DNA from: Prorocentrum cordatum
Lineage: Eukaryota
Assembly (NCBI GenBank): GCA_963575745.1
Contig: CAUYUJ010000122.1
Location: forward strand, 62,001 to 117,958
Reading direction: 5' to 3'
DNA: 55,958 nucleotides
The number at the start of each line of letters is the position of its first letter. The first letter of the stretch is position 1. Position numbers and translations under genes: made by a program. Under the pieces are notes generated by a model. It was not told the origin of the DNA, made no database searches, and worked only from the letters and a program-made list of their open reading frames with translations. This document shows positions 31,483 through 44,046 of this stretch, one piece after another.

Positions 31483-32387
31483 CTCCAACTACCCGCCGCC
31501 TCCCCGTTCAGGTCCAGGGGAGGGGGTAGGGGGGATGGGTAAACCCCTCCCCGAAGGGGAGGAAGAAGGTTGGAAGAGGAAACTCCCCAAACCACCTACG
31601 CCCAGAGGGCTGGTGGGATTTCAATGTTCGCGCCGAAATTGGCGTCAGCAGACAAGAATCTGACCCCGCAGGCCGCGTTTCGCGCGTCGATCAACATGAA
31701 CAAACTTGCGTTTGATTTCGAGGAGGGTAGTATAACCGAGATAGGTCCACTCCAAAGCGTTCCGGAACGCTCTCAGAGCGTTCCGAAAAACGCTCTGAAA
31801 CGGCCGCGGCGCCCGATGCATCCTCCCAGCTTGCCGATGCTCGGAGATCTCCGTTATTTCACGGTCCGATGTTGTCTCGGTTCTACTCGATTCTACCTTC
31901 GTCTGACTTGATCGCGGCTGTCAGGTCAAGAAGCACACCGTCATCAGCAGCATTCGTGACGAGCGAACACGCATGCCGCATTCATCGGTCAACGCTTCCC
32001 CCTCCCCCCACTGTTCAAAGTTGGCGGTGGGTCTGATGAGTTGCACTTCGACCGCAGCCTCCCCCGCGCGTGCCAACTTTGAGTTTGGGGGAGCGGGAGA
32101 GTGTCCACTAATTGTTCCCCCTGCTGTACCCAGAAGGGTTCGGAGGGAGGAGGACAGGCTATGGGTGCAGTCGCGGGTTGTCGGACCCCTGTGGAGGCTC
32201 CCGCTCGAGCGGGGACCCCCATGCGGCAGCACGGACCCATGTTCCCCTCCCTTCACCCCGTGGGTATGGGCGTGCGCCGTTCGTTCATCAATCACCTTAT
32301 CAACATCATCAACAACAGTTCTGTCGCAAATCACGGGGACCTTGTGTACACTCGTAAACCTGTCTTTAGCGTCGAATGATGTCAATT

Positions 32388-32540
32388 AGCGTCTGGGACT
32401 CGATGAGATAGCGCCGATTCAGCTCCGGTTAGCGTCGATCAGCGTCGATTTAGCAGCGTCGACCAGCGTCGATTTAGCGTCGACTGGCGTCGATTAAGAG
32501 CCGGCAAGATGGTATGGGAGGCTTCCATAAGTTGCCACCG
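32388..32540 (+). repeat. Dispersed repeat with AGCGTCGA subrepeats; second copy at 35102-35245
   Basis: AGCGTCTGGGA.TCGATGAGATAGCGCC...GATGGTATGGGAGGCT...TTGCCACCG is shared. Confidence 0.75.
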
Positions 32541-35280
32541 CCATCGTCATCAGCTTCAACCTTGCGGCCGGCCCTTTGCCTCTCTCCCTCTCTCGGGCCC
32601 CCCCCCCCTGCGCGGGCAGCGCCGTCACTTCGGCGCGCCCCGCCGTCAGCTCTCCGGCGCGGGGTGCCTCCAGGCCCTACAGGTCGCCACAAGTCGCCGG
32701 AGGGCGCTGGACAAGTCCTGACTTCGAAGAAGAAGAAGAAGGCCATAAACAGAATCTTTTGGCGCTCCGCGCGGATTTGTTGGATCCGCGCTGGGCCCCC
32801 CGGCGGTGCCTCCAGCGCAGCCCCTGGCGCGCTCCGCGCGCCAGGGAGGGGGGTCCAGTAAATGTCTGCAGCGAGATGCCGCGTCGAATTTCGGAGCGGG
32901 TCCCGTCCCGTTCCATGAGTCCCCCCCACCGGACTCGAGTCTTACGTTTCCACGACAAGAGCGGAGTGAGCCTCATGGATGCCTCTCGGAGCCTCATGGA
33001 CGCCTCTCATGATGAGCCAGAGACTCAAAGAGGCTTCTGGCCTCTTCGTCCCCGTTCTCGTGCCCGCCGCTGTCCTCCTCGGACGCTGTCTCAGCTCTGG
33101 GTCGCTGCCGTCATGGTGAATTTGGGCGGCACTGGACATTATTGTTTACGCAGCACGGTAACATATCTCGAGAGGACCGAAAGCGTCTGCACTCTGTCCG
33201 CAGATGATGCTCGAACGGCTGTGCGCGACGGGCCGCTGGCGGATTTGGTAGGGACGACTGCTGAACAGTCAAGGGCAATTCAGATAACTGTTTCGTCCTA
33301 TCCTTATCTCGTACACCCCTCCCGCTCCCCTTCGCCTATCTACTTCCCCGTCACCCATGCTCCTTTGCAGAAGAACCTCGCACGATAGTCGTGTCACCAA
33401 CAGTTCTGATGAGTGAGACCCTCAAGAGACATGCTTCCAATCGGCAAAAGGCATCTGAACTCAACAACGTAACGGATCGATGGTCCGGTTCCAGAAAGAA
33501 AGTGCCAGGAACACATCACATGACCCGCCACGTTGAGACGTCGACTGTCACATCGAGGAATTGACGACCCCGCTTTCCATCAACCTCCAGGAGCACTTCA
33601 ATACCGTTGGTGTAGCGTACCACAGTGCCGCTTCACCCGAAATAGGCATGACGAGTAATGTCCACGATGCAGTGAATTTTTCAACAGCAGCGCTTCGGAC
33701 CGATGTCGATTCTCAACTTGTCGTCCTCCCACGAAAGCAGAGATCACCAGGACCACCTGGGCCACTTCAGCCAGAATCACATTGATCCTGGCCGAGGGAG
33801 ATCACATCATTGGCACCAACACTTGCACAAAGTAGCTCAACTGGCGGAGGCGGTGGCACGAGATTGATAAACACCTCCTTCGGGAAAACCACAATCACAG
33901 TCAGTACACGTGTTCAGAATCTAAGCAGTGATTCGGCGCCAGGCCAAAAACACGACATAGAGTCGCTCCTGGAATACACCGTCTGATGCGGAGACTTCGT
34001 CGCGACATGAGGAAACTGCAAGTACATGGACAACGAAGACTAACAGACTCATGATGTAGATTTCGATTTGGACTTCCAAGAACAGGTTCTGAATGAAAGG
34101 TGAAGCGCGCTTCCTCGAGGAAGACACCCCACACCATTCAGTGTTACCTTCGAAGTTGTTTGGACACCAGGGCAGGTCGTCATTATGACGTGATCCGGTG
34201 ACCTATCACAGTCGCCAAAGGGGAAAGGACAGGTCAAGCGGCGATACGGGACGGGTGGCTGAGCGGTAACAGGGAGCTTGTAGGGTCCGGCAACTCACGG
34301 GCGGGGATGTAGACCCGAATGTTCCCCAAACGACTGCCCTTGGGACTCTCGGCCCCTTCCCCGGGACCAGCTTTTGGTGCAGGGCTGTTCCTGGACAGCC
34401 CCAGGCTCTGGGCAGCTTGCCCTCGCAGGCCGAAGACGGTGAGAAGCTTCCGGCGCGCGGCGCGAGGATCGTCGAGTCGCCGGCTCTTGCACGCCGCCCA
34501 GACGTTTTCCCAAGGTGCATCCGCGGAGGCCTCGACGCCTTCCCCAGGAAGGGCTGCATTCAGCCACGCGCAGAGGGGGGTGGCTGCTGCTGCTGCTCAA
34601 CGTCGGTATCGGTCACTGCCGCACTCGTCCACCGGCCAACTTTCTCTTATGATTGAAAAGGAGGCGCTAAAAACAAACCTTCCCACCACCCCGGCCTAGC
34701 TCTGCATGCTGTACCACGCGTTGAGCTGAGCACGAGAAAGTGCCTGGTCGAGGGGGGTGGGGGGAGGGGGGAGGGCTTCTTAGGAGCACCCCTGCTTCTG
34801 AGAAGGCGCGGGCTCTATCTATAGGTGTAGGGCCGGCGCCTTCTAAGAAGCGGCTTCCTTCTAAGAAGCCTTCCCCCCTCCCTCCACCCCCTTGTGCGCG
34901 AGGCCAATTCATTCCGTTTGACGATCCTGGGGCCCCGTCAGACCCCCGGAGGCGAAAGATAGTAACACGCCATCCGCCTTGGTTTCAGAAGGCACCCGTC
35001 GTGACTTCGGACCCACGCGAGGGGGGTGTGGTTCGGTGGCAGATCGTGGGAGCCCTGTGCACCCTCGCAACTTTTGTCTTCAGCGTCGACCATCGTCGAT
35101 GAGCGTCTGGGAGTCGATGAGATAGCGCCCATTTGGCGTCGGGTAGCGTCGCTTCTGCGTCGATTGGCGAGGATGTTTGCATCGACTAGCGTCGATTCGC
35201 AAGAGCCGACAGGATGGTATGGGAGGCTCCCACGACTTGCCACCGAAGGCGTGGGAAATGCTTGGGGAGGGGGATGGTCA

Positions 35281-35506
35281 AGCAGTGGCGAAGCGTCCCG
35301 GCTCGCTTGTAGTCCCACCAAACAATGTTCTAAGAACTTTTCGTAGTCTGCACGAAATGTTCTCAGAACAGTTTTGGCTGAGACTGTCTTGTCTTAACAC
35401 ATCGGGTCTATGTTCTAAGAACACTGCTTGGTTCTTAGAACATTTTCGGATTCTACGAAAATTTCGTGGCAGGGCCATAGGAATGCCGGGACGGTCGGCC
35501 CCTGCT
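35281..35506 (+). mobile_element. MITE-like family C, copy 3
   Basis: Alignable by eye to the other two copies. Confidence 0.65.
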
Positions 35507-37252
35507 CAGAGGGGGGCGTCCCCCCTCGGCCTCCCCTCTGCGAGGAGGACGCGCCCGCGCCCGCCCGGCCCTCCGGAGCGGAGTCCGAAGACGTTGCCGG
35601 TGCACCCTGCGACGGCACCGCCTTTGCGGACAGAAGGTCGGCGTTTGATGCGGAGCGTTCCAAACATTGGCTCGCCTCCGAGGGTAGAAGGAGCTGCCAT
35701 CTTTTCTGCCGCGGCAGGGCGGCGGAAGGGCGGCGGAGAGTCGGCGGAGGTAAGGGGAGGCCGCCTCCGCTGGCGGAAGCTGGCGGAAGGGCGGCGGAAG
35801 GTGGCGGGAGTAGAGAATGCTCCCCCAAGAGATGAAGACGTTTTCGGGTTCATGGTTACTGGAATCGCCCATGTGTGATCAGTCGAAAAGTCGTTTCTCG
35901 CGCTGCACAAAAAAAGGACGCGAGTTTTTTTGCAGTTGGACCTCGCGGGGCCATTGACGGTCCCCAGGGCAGGGTTGTCAACAAAAAGCAACTCGTGATG
36001 AAAAGCAGGTGTAGGGAAAGGGGCTGAAAGTCTGGGTGGTCCACGTGATAAGAAGTTGACGACGCCAGAGGTCTGGAAACGTTGGTCGATTTACGTTGGT
36101 CGATTTCCACACAAGGTCGCGGATGCCGTGGTCAGTCTGTTAGGGGAGCGCGCCTATGTTTGCCAGATTTGCTGCCCCAGATGGAGGTCAGGGTTTGGAC
36201 GTTTGGCGTGTAGGGCGTGTGGTCTTGCATCTACTTCTTGGAACGGATAACGTGAATTTTCTGGGCCTTTGGAGCTCGTGGGACGTACCAGTATTGCTAG
36301 GTTTTTCTGGAACCTAGTACCTATTGAAGCATGGGCTTTGGTATTATGCACTTTCGGGTCTGAGGGCGTTCAGGTTTATGCCATCGAAGATACGGCCTGC
36401 AGTGAGCGCGCATTTGCGATCAAGTGTTGCGTTGCGACCGGAATTGCTGGGATGACGGAAGACTGCCTGACGGATCGAATTGATCTTCGCCGTGTGAGTG
36501 ATGAACATTCGATTGACATTGGTGATGCAAGTTTTGATGGGAGAATTGGGCCCGCTCAGGATTTTGAGTAAAGCAGTTTGCACGATGCACGATGCTTCCG
36601 AGATGTGGCTCTCTGGTGAGAACCAGTGTCTTGCACACGTCTCAGTGCTAACTTGCCATTTCTGCAACTCTAAACATGAGGTGGGGTCAACCGCTTCCTA
36701 GCTTTGCTGCCTCGATACGCCCGGTTTCATACGCAACACGTAGCGTGCTCAAAATGTCCGTGTCAATGCGTTGCGTGTGGGCTCAACGTATTGGCCCACG
36801 TTTTGGCGAGCGTATCGCGTTAGACCTACGTTGTGGGTCTACCTGCTGGACTCTGTCTCAAAACGCTACGTGTTGCGTGCTGCGAATTTGGGCAGCTAAG
36901 CTGCTGGGCATTTGCGAGCATTCGTGAACCTGCGATGGGTTTTTTGCAGCGGCCCAGATCGGCCCCGCGGGAGCCCGCCTCTCTGCGAACAGCCACCTTC
37001 GCCGTGCTTGGTCGTTGCCGTTTGTAGTGCGACTGCGCCAGCTTATCGTACCCCTGATGTCTGAATTCAGTGAATCATGCTCTCCCCTTACTTTTCGCGT
37101 CGCCGCCGCCCCCTCGCCCATCCTTGCCCCCATCCTCTCGCCATCCTCTGCGCGTTCATATTTATCCTTCTCCTCCTCCTCCTCCTCCTCCTCCTCCTCC
37201 TCCTCCTCTCCTCCTCCTCCTCCTCCTCCTCCTCCTCCTCCTCCTCCTCCTC

Positions 37253-37284
<32 letters not shown>

Positions 37285-37688
37285 GCTTCCTCCCGCTTGC
37301 GCGGGCGTCGACGCTCAGAAAGTCTGCGCGCCGACGGGCGTCCACTCGCGGGGGTTCTGCGCGGAGATGCCATAGAAACGCGGGCCCCGGCCAGCCAGTC
37401 GTCGAGACTCACGGCTCAGGGCTCGACCTGAACGGCTGTCTCTTGTGGCGACCTCGTGCACCGCTCTCGCGTTGACTCCGCTTTGCAGCGAGGGCGGAGA
37501 CGACGACGAAGCGCAAACGCAGAGCACAGCGGAGGCGCATTAGGCCAAGACGCACCCTGCCTGCCTCCAGGGTGCCCTGGGCTTCCTGGCTCTCGATGCT
37601 TCTGCAATGGTGAGCATGACGCCTCCACACCGAGGATCAGTGGACGTCCTGGGGTCTCAGGGCCGGGCTTCTTGTGGTCGAGCTCCTA

Positions 37689-37864
37689 CAGTCGGGGCCC
37701 TGAAGAAGGAACCCTTTTGGTTGGGGAGGGGCTCCGCGTTCCTTAAGTGTTTCACAGCTGGCCTCAGGTTTTCCTCATGCTTTCGATAGGAATTCGAAGT
37801 TTGACTTATGGAAAAAAGGGGCCTCGTTCCTTATTTAGGGTTCCTTAGGTCAACGCCCCGACTG
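37689..37864 (+). mobile_element. MITE family A, copy 5
   Basis: TA|CAGTCGGGGC...GCCCCGACTG|TA, 176 bp. Confidence 0.9.
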
Positions 37865-38101
37865 TACTGCAGTGCTTTGGTCGAGCCCTGCCACGGCACT
37901 GCTGCGAGAGGCCACGCTCGGCCGCCGCCGGCCGCCGCCGCGGCCGCGGCCCGCCCCGGCCGCCCCGAGAGAGCAGGTCGCTGGGACCGCCGCTTGCCGA
38001 GAGCGGAGCGGCCCAGGCCGCGGCGGCGCCGCCGGGCAGCGGGCGCCGAGAGGAGGGCGCGGCGCGGCGCCGCCGGGGGAAGGGCATCGACCACAGGATC
38101 G

Positions 38102-38311
38102 GGGGCAACGATAGGGGGTGATAGGCGCAGGGGGGGGGGGGGGCATCGACCCCCGATCGCCCGGTGATCGCCGACAGGGGCCCGATAGCCCCCACCTGCA
38201 CAGAGAGGTGCGGGTTCGCCATCGGGGGCCCCTCGCCGATCTATCGACGCTGTAGCGCCGATGCCAAATTAATGCATTTCCCCTTGTGCCAGTCCCCCCT
38301 ATCGTTGCCCC
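38102..38311. mobile_element. MITE-like element with 17-bp inverted repeat GGGGCAACGATAGGGGG/CCCCCTATCGTTGCCCC
   Basis: Perfect inverted repeat about 210 bp apart; single copy, no target-site duplication identified. Confidence 0.5.
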
Positions 38312-39789
38312 TCAAGATCATCGATTACAAAGGAACCCCTGATGACCCTAATAACGCGATGAAGACGTGGCCTCGCTGAGGTCCCCGTCTTCGCATTCGG
38401 GATCATCATTGTGGGCGGCTTTGTTTGATACGCCCACAGAAAAAAAAAAACAACCCTTGTCCCTAATTGTTCCTGGTTGGCCTTCCTAACTTAGGTCCCC
38501 TCCCAAAGGGTTACTCACTGTTCATTTCTAAGTATTAGAGTTCTTTGTTTTCTTTTGGGGGGCCAGGATCCTTTCCTTTCTACTTCTTCTATTCTGGGCC
38601 TCTTCCTAGCCGCTAGGGGGCCAGGAACAATTAGAAACGAGCACAAGTAGAAAGGAACACTACTAGAAATGCACGACGTGCAGTGGCCTTTGGTTGGCTA
38701 ATCAGAAGAGGAGCGGGAACAGAGCACGGTCGGGCCGAGGTCTAAAGATCGAGGGCGGAGCAGAGAGGGCCGAAGGATCGCGAGTCTCTCGACGATTTCG
38801 GAAGAGGCGTCCTGAGCGGCTTGTGGTAGCATGCGCAGGCCTAAGAGAACCATCACCATCTCTAAAAAAATGCAGAGCACAAATAGTTTTCCAGACCCAG
38901 CTCTGGTAGCAGATCGAGTTCGGGCATCTATATACTTGAGACTAGCGCTTGTGATGATTGTCTCACGATTGCTGTGCCAAAGAACTCTGTAGCTCATCTG
39001 CAGCTTGAGAGTGCAAGAACACGAGGGAGCCCCATGGGGGGCGCGATCCGTGTGAGGTGCGTTTTCGCACGTTTTTTGCTGCAGCTTCGCCGCTGCAGGC
39101 GCCGCCTCCTCCTCCTCCTCCTCCTCCTCCTCCTCATCGTATCCCTTCCTCTTCCATCCAGCCGCCGCTGCGGACGCCTCAGAGTGGTAAGACCTGGTCA
39201 TCTGGGCCCCGTGCTCGCGCGCATGTGTTTCTAGGCCGCTCGAGTTGACCAGTTCTTATGACCAAGGGACTGGTTATGCTATGGGGCACAAGAACTGACA
39301 TGGCTGCTGATGTTCCCTCCCCCCTATGACGTCTCTTTCCGCCGCAGCCGGACTTGACGCAGCTGTGCCTGCCCAGGCTACGACGACGAGGGTCCAAAAG
39401 AGCCACAAGAGGCCACAGCAGGGCCCGTCAAATAAACCCCCACAGTACCTGTCGGGACCGTCTTGGGGGCCTCTTGGAAATCTCTTGGAGCCCTGCGCAA
39501 TTCAAAACAGGCTGCAATGCAAACAACGCTGCAACACACCAACAAATTGTGTTCGTGTGGTCGTCGCCGACAAGCTCGAGCAGCGCCACTACAACACACA
39601 AAACACGGCAATGCAACAACAGTTGCACTGCACAGCACCTGCAATGCAAAAACATCACATGTGTTCGTGTGGTGCTCGCTGGTACGTGCTCTTCAACCCT
39701 CCACTTCACCAAGCCACGTTTGGCTCCCACGCGGAATCCTAAGCTCAAGCTCGAACAGCTCCACTACAGGGCAAACGAACTGCAAAGCA

Positions 39790-40575
39790 ACACAACACGC
39801 ACACAAATACACACACAAACACGCACAAACACACCCACACACACCCACACACAACCACACACAACCACACACCCACACACAACCACACACCCGCACAAAC
39901 AACACACACAGCACACACAACACACAACACACAACACACAACACACAACACACACAGCACACACACAACACACAACACACGCAACACACACAAACACACG
40001 CACACGCACACGTACACACAACTCAACACACCACAACACACCGCACCACACCACACCACACCACACCACACCACAACACAACACAACACAACACAACACA
40101 ACACAACACAACACAACACAACAACACACACCACACCCACCCACACACCCACACACCCACACACACACCCACACACAACACACACAGCACACACAACACA
40201 CAACACACAACACACAACATACACAACACACAACACACACACACAACACAACACACACCACACACAACACACAGCACACACAACGCACACCACACAACAC
40301 ACACAAGACACACACACACACAGACGCACACGCACACGCACACACGCAACACAACACAACACAACACGCCACACCACACCACCCATAACACAACACAACA
40401 CACCACACCACACCACACCACACCACACCACAACACAACACAACACAACACAACACAACACAACACAACACAACACAACACAACACAACACAACAAGACA
40501 CACCACACACACTCACACACACCACACATACATGCATACATACACACATACACACACTCACACACCACACTCACG
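39790..40575. repeat. Compound (CA)n/(CACAA)n/(CACAC)n satellite
   Basis: Directly visible; the block order repeats about twice. Confidence 0.95.
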
Positions 40576-41687
40576 CACGTTTGCGTCGGCGGCTGGGCAG
40601 AGTGACTGCGCTGGCGGATAGGGACACACACACCGCACACGCCCCGAGGAGAAGGAGGAGGAGGAGGCGGAGGCGGAGGAGGAGGAGGAGGAGGAGGAGG
40701 CGCAAGAGGCGGAGGAGGCGGAGGAGGAGGAGGAGGAGGAGGAGGAGGAGAGGGGAGGAGGAGGAGGAGGAGGAGGAGGAGGAGGAGGAGGAGGAGGAGG
40801 AGGAGGAAGTAGGAGAAGAAAAAGGAGCAGGAGGAGGAGGAGGAACAACCATAATCATAATAGTAATAATAATAGTAATCAGAGTATGACGGAAGTATAT
40901 ATATATATATATGTGTATATATACACACTTATTTGCAATACCCAGTGACCAGGTCCCCCGGCCCACTGGGTGGCCCACTTTTCCAAGATTCCCCCCCCGC
41001 CCAAGAACCCACTTTGTTCCCGGGCGTCTGGGACCCATTCGGGGATGTGTCGGGGATGGTGTTTATTATTTTTTTTTGGCCTCTGACTTGGAGGCCGTTT
41101 TGGGGGGCCCTGGGACACCAGGAAACGACGCGGGGTGAACTTGAGATCCGACGCTGCGACCAGAGACCAGCATCGTGAAAATCACGCCTGGAGTCCCCGT
41201 CCCCATGGCCCCGCGGCACTCTTCGAGCCAGCTCGATCCCTTGAGGGGCCCGGGAGTCCCCGCGGGGCCCGAAAAGCGGGGCGCGAACGCCCGGCGCGAG
41301 AGAGAACCTGTCACCACCCGACCTCCTCCTCCTCCTCCTCCTCCTCCTCCTCCTCCTCCTCCTGCTCCCCCTCCTCCTCCTCCTCTTCCTCCTCCTCCTC
41401 CTCCTCCTTCTCCTTCCTCCTCCTCCTTTCTCTCCTCCTCCTCCCTCCTCCTCCTCCTCCTCCCCTCCCCCTCCTCTCCTCCTCCTCCTCCTCCCTCCTC
41501 CTCCCGCCCCTCCTCCCCCTCCTCCTCTTCCTGCTGCTCCTCCTCCTCCTCCTCCTCCTCCTCCTCCTCCTCCTTCCTCGGCGGCCATGGGGAAGCGGTC
41601 CAGAGGTCGGCGCCTCCGCGGGGGCAGGTCTCGGTGCAGCGGCCCGTCGTTTTTTTGTTGTTCTCTCTCTCTCTCTCTCTCTTTTGT

Positions 41688-41719
<32 letters not shown>

Positions 41720-42271
41720 GCTCTCTCGCCCGTCTCCACTGCCGCGAGAGGTCGGGGCGTGCTTCTTCCTCAATCAGATCTCTCTCTCTCTCTCTCACGA
41801 GCGACGAGCATACTCAGATCCGTGCCCTCGCGGTCTGGGGCACCGAGGCGCGGTCCCACGAGCGCGCGGTGCCTCGGAGGGCGTTCCGCGCGGGCCCTCC
41901 GCACCAGGCCGCCCCGTAGCCGTGAGGGTGCGGCCGAGGCGGGGACTGATACGTGACCACCGCCTGGAGCGTCAGTCTCCGGAGCAGGCGGTGGATGCGG
42001 ACATATTCGGGCCCCCGGGGGCCGAAATATATCCACATCCACCGCCCGCCAGGGCACCAGGACGTCGGTTCCCAGGCGGTGGATATGGGTAAGTCCCCGC
42101 CTCGCAGCTGCGGCCGACGAGCACTCCACGCGAGGGGGTGGCATCGGACAGGTTGCCCGCCCGCGGCCCTCGCAGTCTTGCGACGAGAGGGGCTGCAGCT
42201 GCTGGAGAGGGGCCTCCCACGCCTGCCCATGGCATCCAAGACTTCCACGTCGAACGCAAGGTTCTCGTGTA

Positions 42272-42443
42272 CAGTCGGGGCGCTGGAGAAGGAACCCTTT
42301 TCGTTGGGGAGGGGCTCGGTGTTCCTTAATTGTTCCACACCTTGCCCAATGTTTTCCTGAAGTTGTTGGTTGCAAGTCGAAGGTTAACTTATGAAAGAAA
42401 GGGGATTCGTTCCTTATTTAGGGTTCCTTAGGTCAGCGCCCCG
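42272..42443 (+). mobile_element. MITE family A, copy 6 (right TIR tip deleted)
   Basis: TA|CAGTCGGGGC...GCCCCG then TA. Confidence 0.85.
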
Positions 42444-43848
42444 TAGCCGCTGCGCTCGTTCCGCCGGCCTGTATTATGCCATCGCTGGCGTTTGCTTGCG
42501 CGTTCGCGGCTCGTGCGGCGCTGCGCCTGGCGCTGGCCTTTTTTTTCCGGATGCGCTGCGACAGCAGGCATGCCGGCGAAGTAGTTGCTTTGGAGCTTGT
42601 CGTGGGGGTTCTGGCCTCTGTTGTCCCGCCGCCATGCCTGGGTTGTGGGTCAGAGTCTTCAGGGATGCTTCTTGGGGTCTCTTCGGGGCGCTCTTGGGGT
42701 CGTCTAGAGGGCAGTTTTGGGACCTCTTGGGAGCCTCTTGGGAACCTCTTGGGAGCCTCTTTGGGTCCTCTTGGGCCTTCCTGGAGGCCTCTTGGGGGCC
42801 GTCTTAGGGGCCCCTTGGGGATTCCTGGGGGCTTCATGGAGCCGAGGGCTCGAAATGTTCGCTCGGGTCCCCCGTCTGGGCTCCCTCTTGGAGCCGGCTT
42901 CGGGGCCTCTTGGGCCATTTTTGGAAGCCTCTTGAGCCGTTTTGGGCCCTCTTGGGTCGTCTTGGGGCCCTCTTGGAGTCCTATTCGGCCGTGTTGGGGC
43001 GATCTTGGGGGCCTCTGGGGCCGTCCTGGAGTGTCGGGCGGCCGAAAAGGCGAGAACGCCAACATGTTTCAGACACTGGAGGAACGTAACAATTTTGGCC
43101 TCTTGGGGGCCTCTTGGGAGTGCTCTTGGAGGCCTCTGGGGGCGTCTTGGAGACCTTGGGCCGTCTGGCGGCCGTCTTGGGCGTCTTGGAGTGATCTTCG
43201 AGCGTCTCGGACCCTTCTTGGAGCGTCTTGAGAGCCTCTTGGGGCTCTCTTGGCCCGCCTTGGGGCGGCTCCAGGAGTTGCGGCATCTTTGACGCGAACG
43301 TCCAAGGAGTGTCCCGGGAGTGTCTCGGGGTATTGTTAGACCAGGGACCCCAACGGGCTGCCACAGACGCGCGAACTAGAAATATTAGAAATCTGCTGCC
43401 AGAGATCGTGGCACGGCTCCGGCCCGTTGGATCGGCGAATTTTGGAGCAAGGCTTCGCTTCGGGATGAGAAGCTTGCAGGATGGAGGCAGCACGCCCGCG
43501 GGGGGGGCCTTGCCGGATCACCTCGCGGCCCGGCAGCCCCAAAATACCTCCACCTCCCGCCGGGGCTCCCGGGCGGGCGCGCGGGGCCGTGGCGGCGTGC
43601 CGATGCTGAGGTCCTGCTCCTGAGGGGGGAGGGCGGCTGCTGCTGCTGCTGCTCCTGGTTCTCCTCGTCTTCGCCACCTCCGTCGCCAGAACTCAGTCGT
43701 CGCCGTAGTCGCCGTAGCCGCCGCCGCCGTCGCCCGTCGTGGTCGCCGTCGTCGCCGCCGTCGTCGTCGTCGTCGCCGCCGCCCTCCGCCGCCGCCGCCG
43801 CCCTCCGCCGCCGCCGCCGCCATCGCCGTCGCCGCCGCCGCCGCCGTA

Positions 43849-43922
<74 letters not shown>

Positions 43923-43951
43923 TGACATAGCCCCCTGCTTTTCCTTCCGTC

Positions 43952-43973
43952 TCCACAGCCATTTTGGCCCAAG
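43952..43973 (+). promoter_or_regulatory. Relic DinoSL (19/22) and predicted trans-splice acceptor upstream of a retrogene
   Basis: TCCACAGCCATTTTGGCCCAAG, preceded by the pyrimidine tract CCCCCTGCTTTTCCTTCCGTC and located 73 nt before ATG 44047. Confidence 0.85.
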
Positions 43974-44046
43974 TCGCTGCAGCATTGCCTAAGGCGCCCT
44001 GTAGTGCTTCCGTGCCCCTCTTGCGCAAGAGCAGGACGCAGGGTGC

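Noticed and set aside
33401..33461. Hammerhead ribozyme (CTGATGA-stem-GAGA...)
   Set aside because: Four core deviations: GAGA instead of GAAA, a G.A stem II closure, a C.C mismatch, and G at the cleavage position. At best a dead relic.
35990..36930. Zinc-finger or other coding remnant in a lower-GC block
   Set aside because: Only isolated CxxC pairs in short ORFs; no recognisable family.
42222..42269. FKBP-like exon (ENLAFDVEVLD) on the minus strand
   Set aside because: Too short, and no other FKBP motifs appear across the adjacent MITE.
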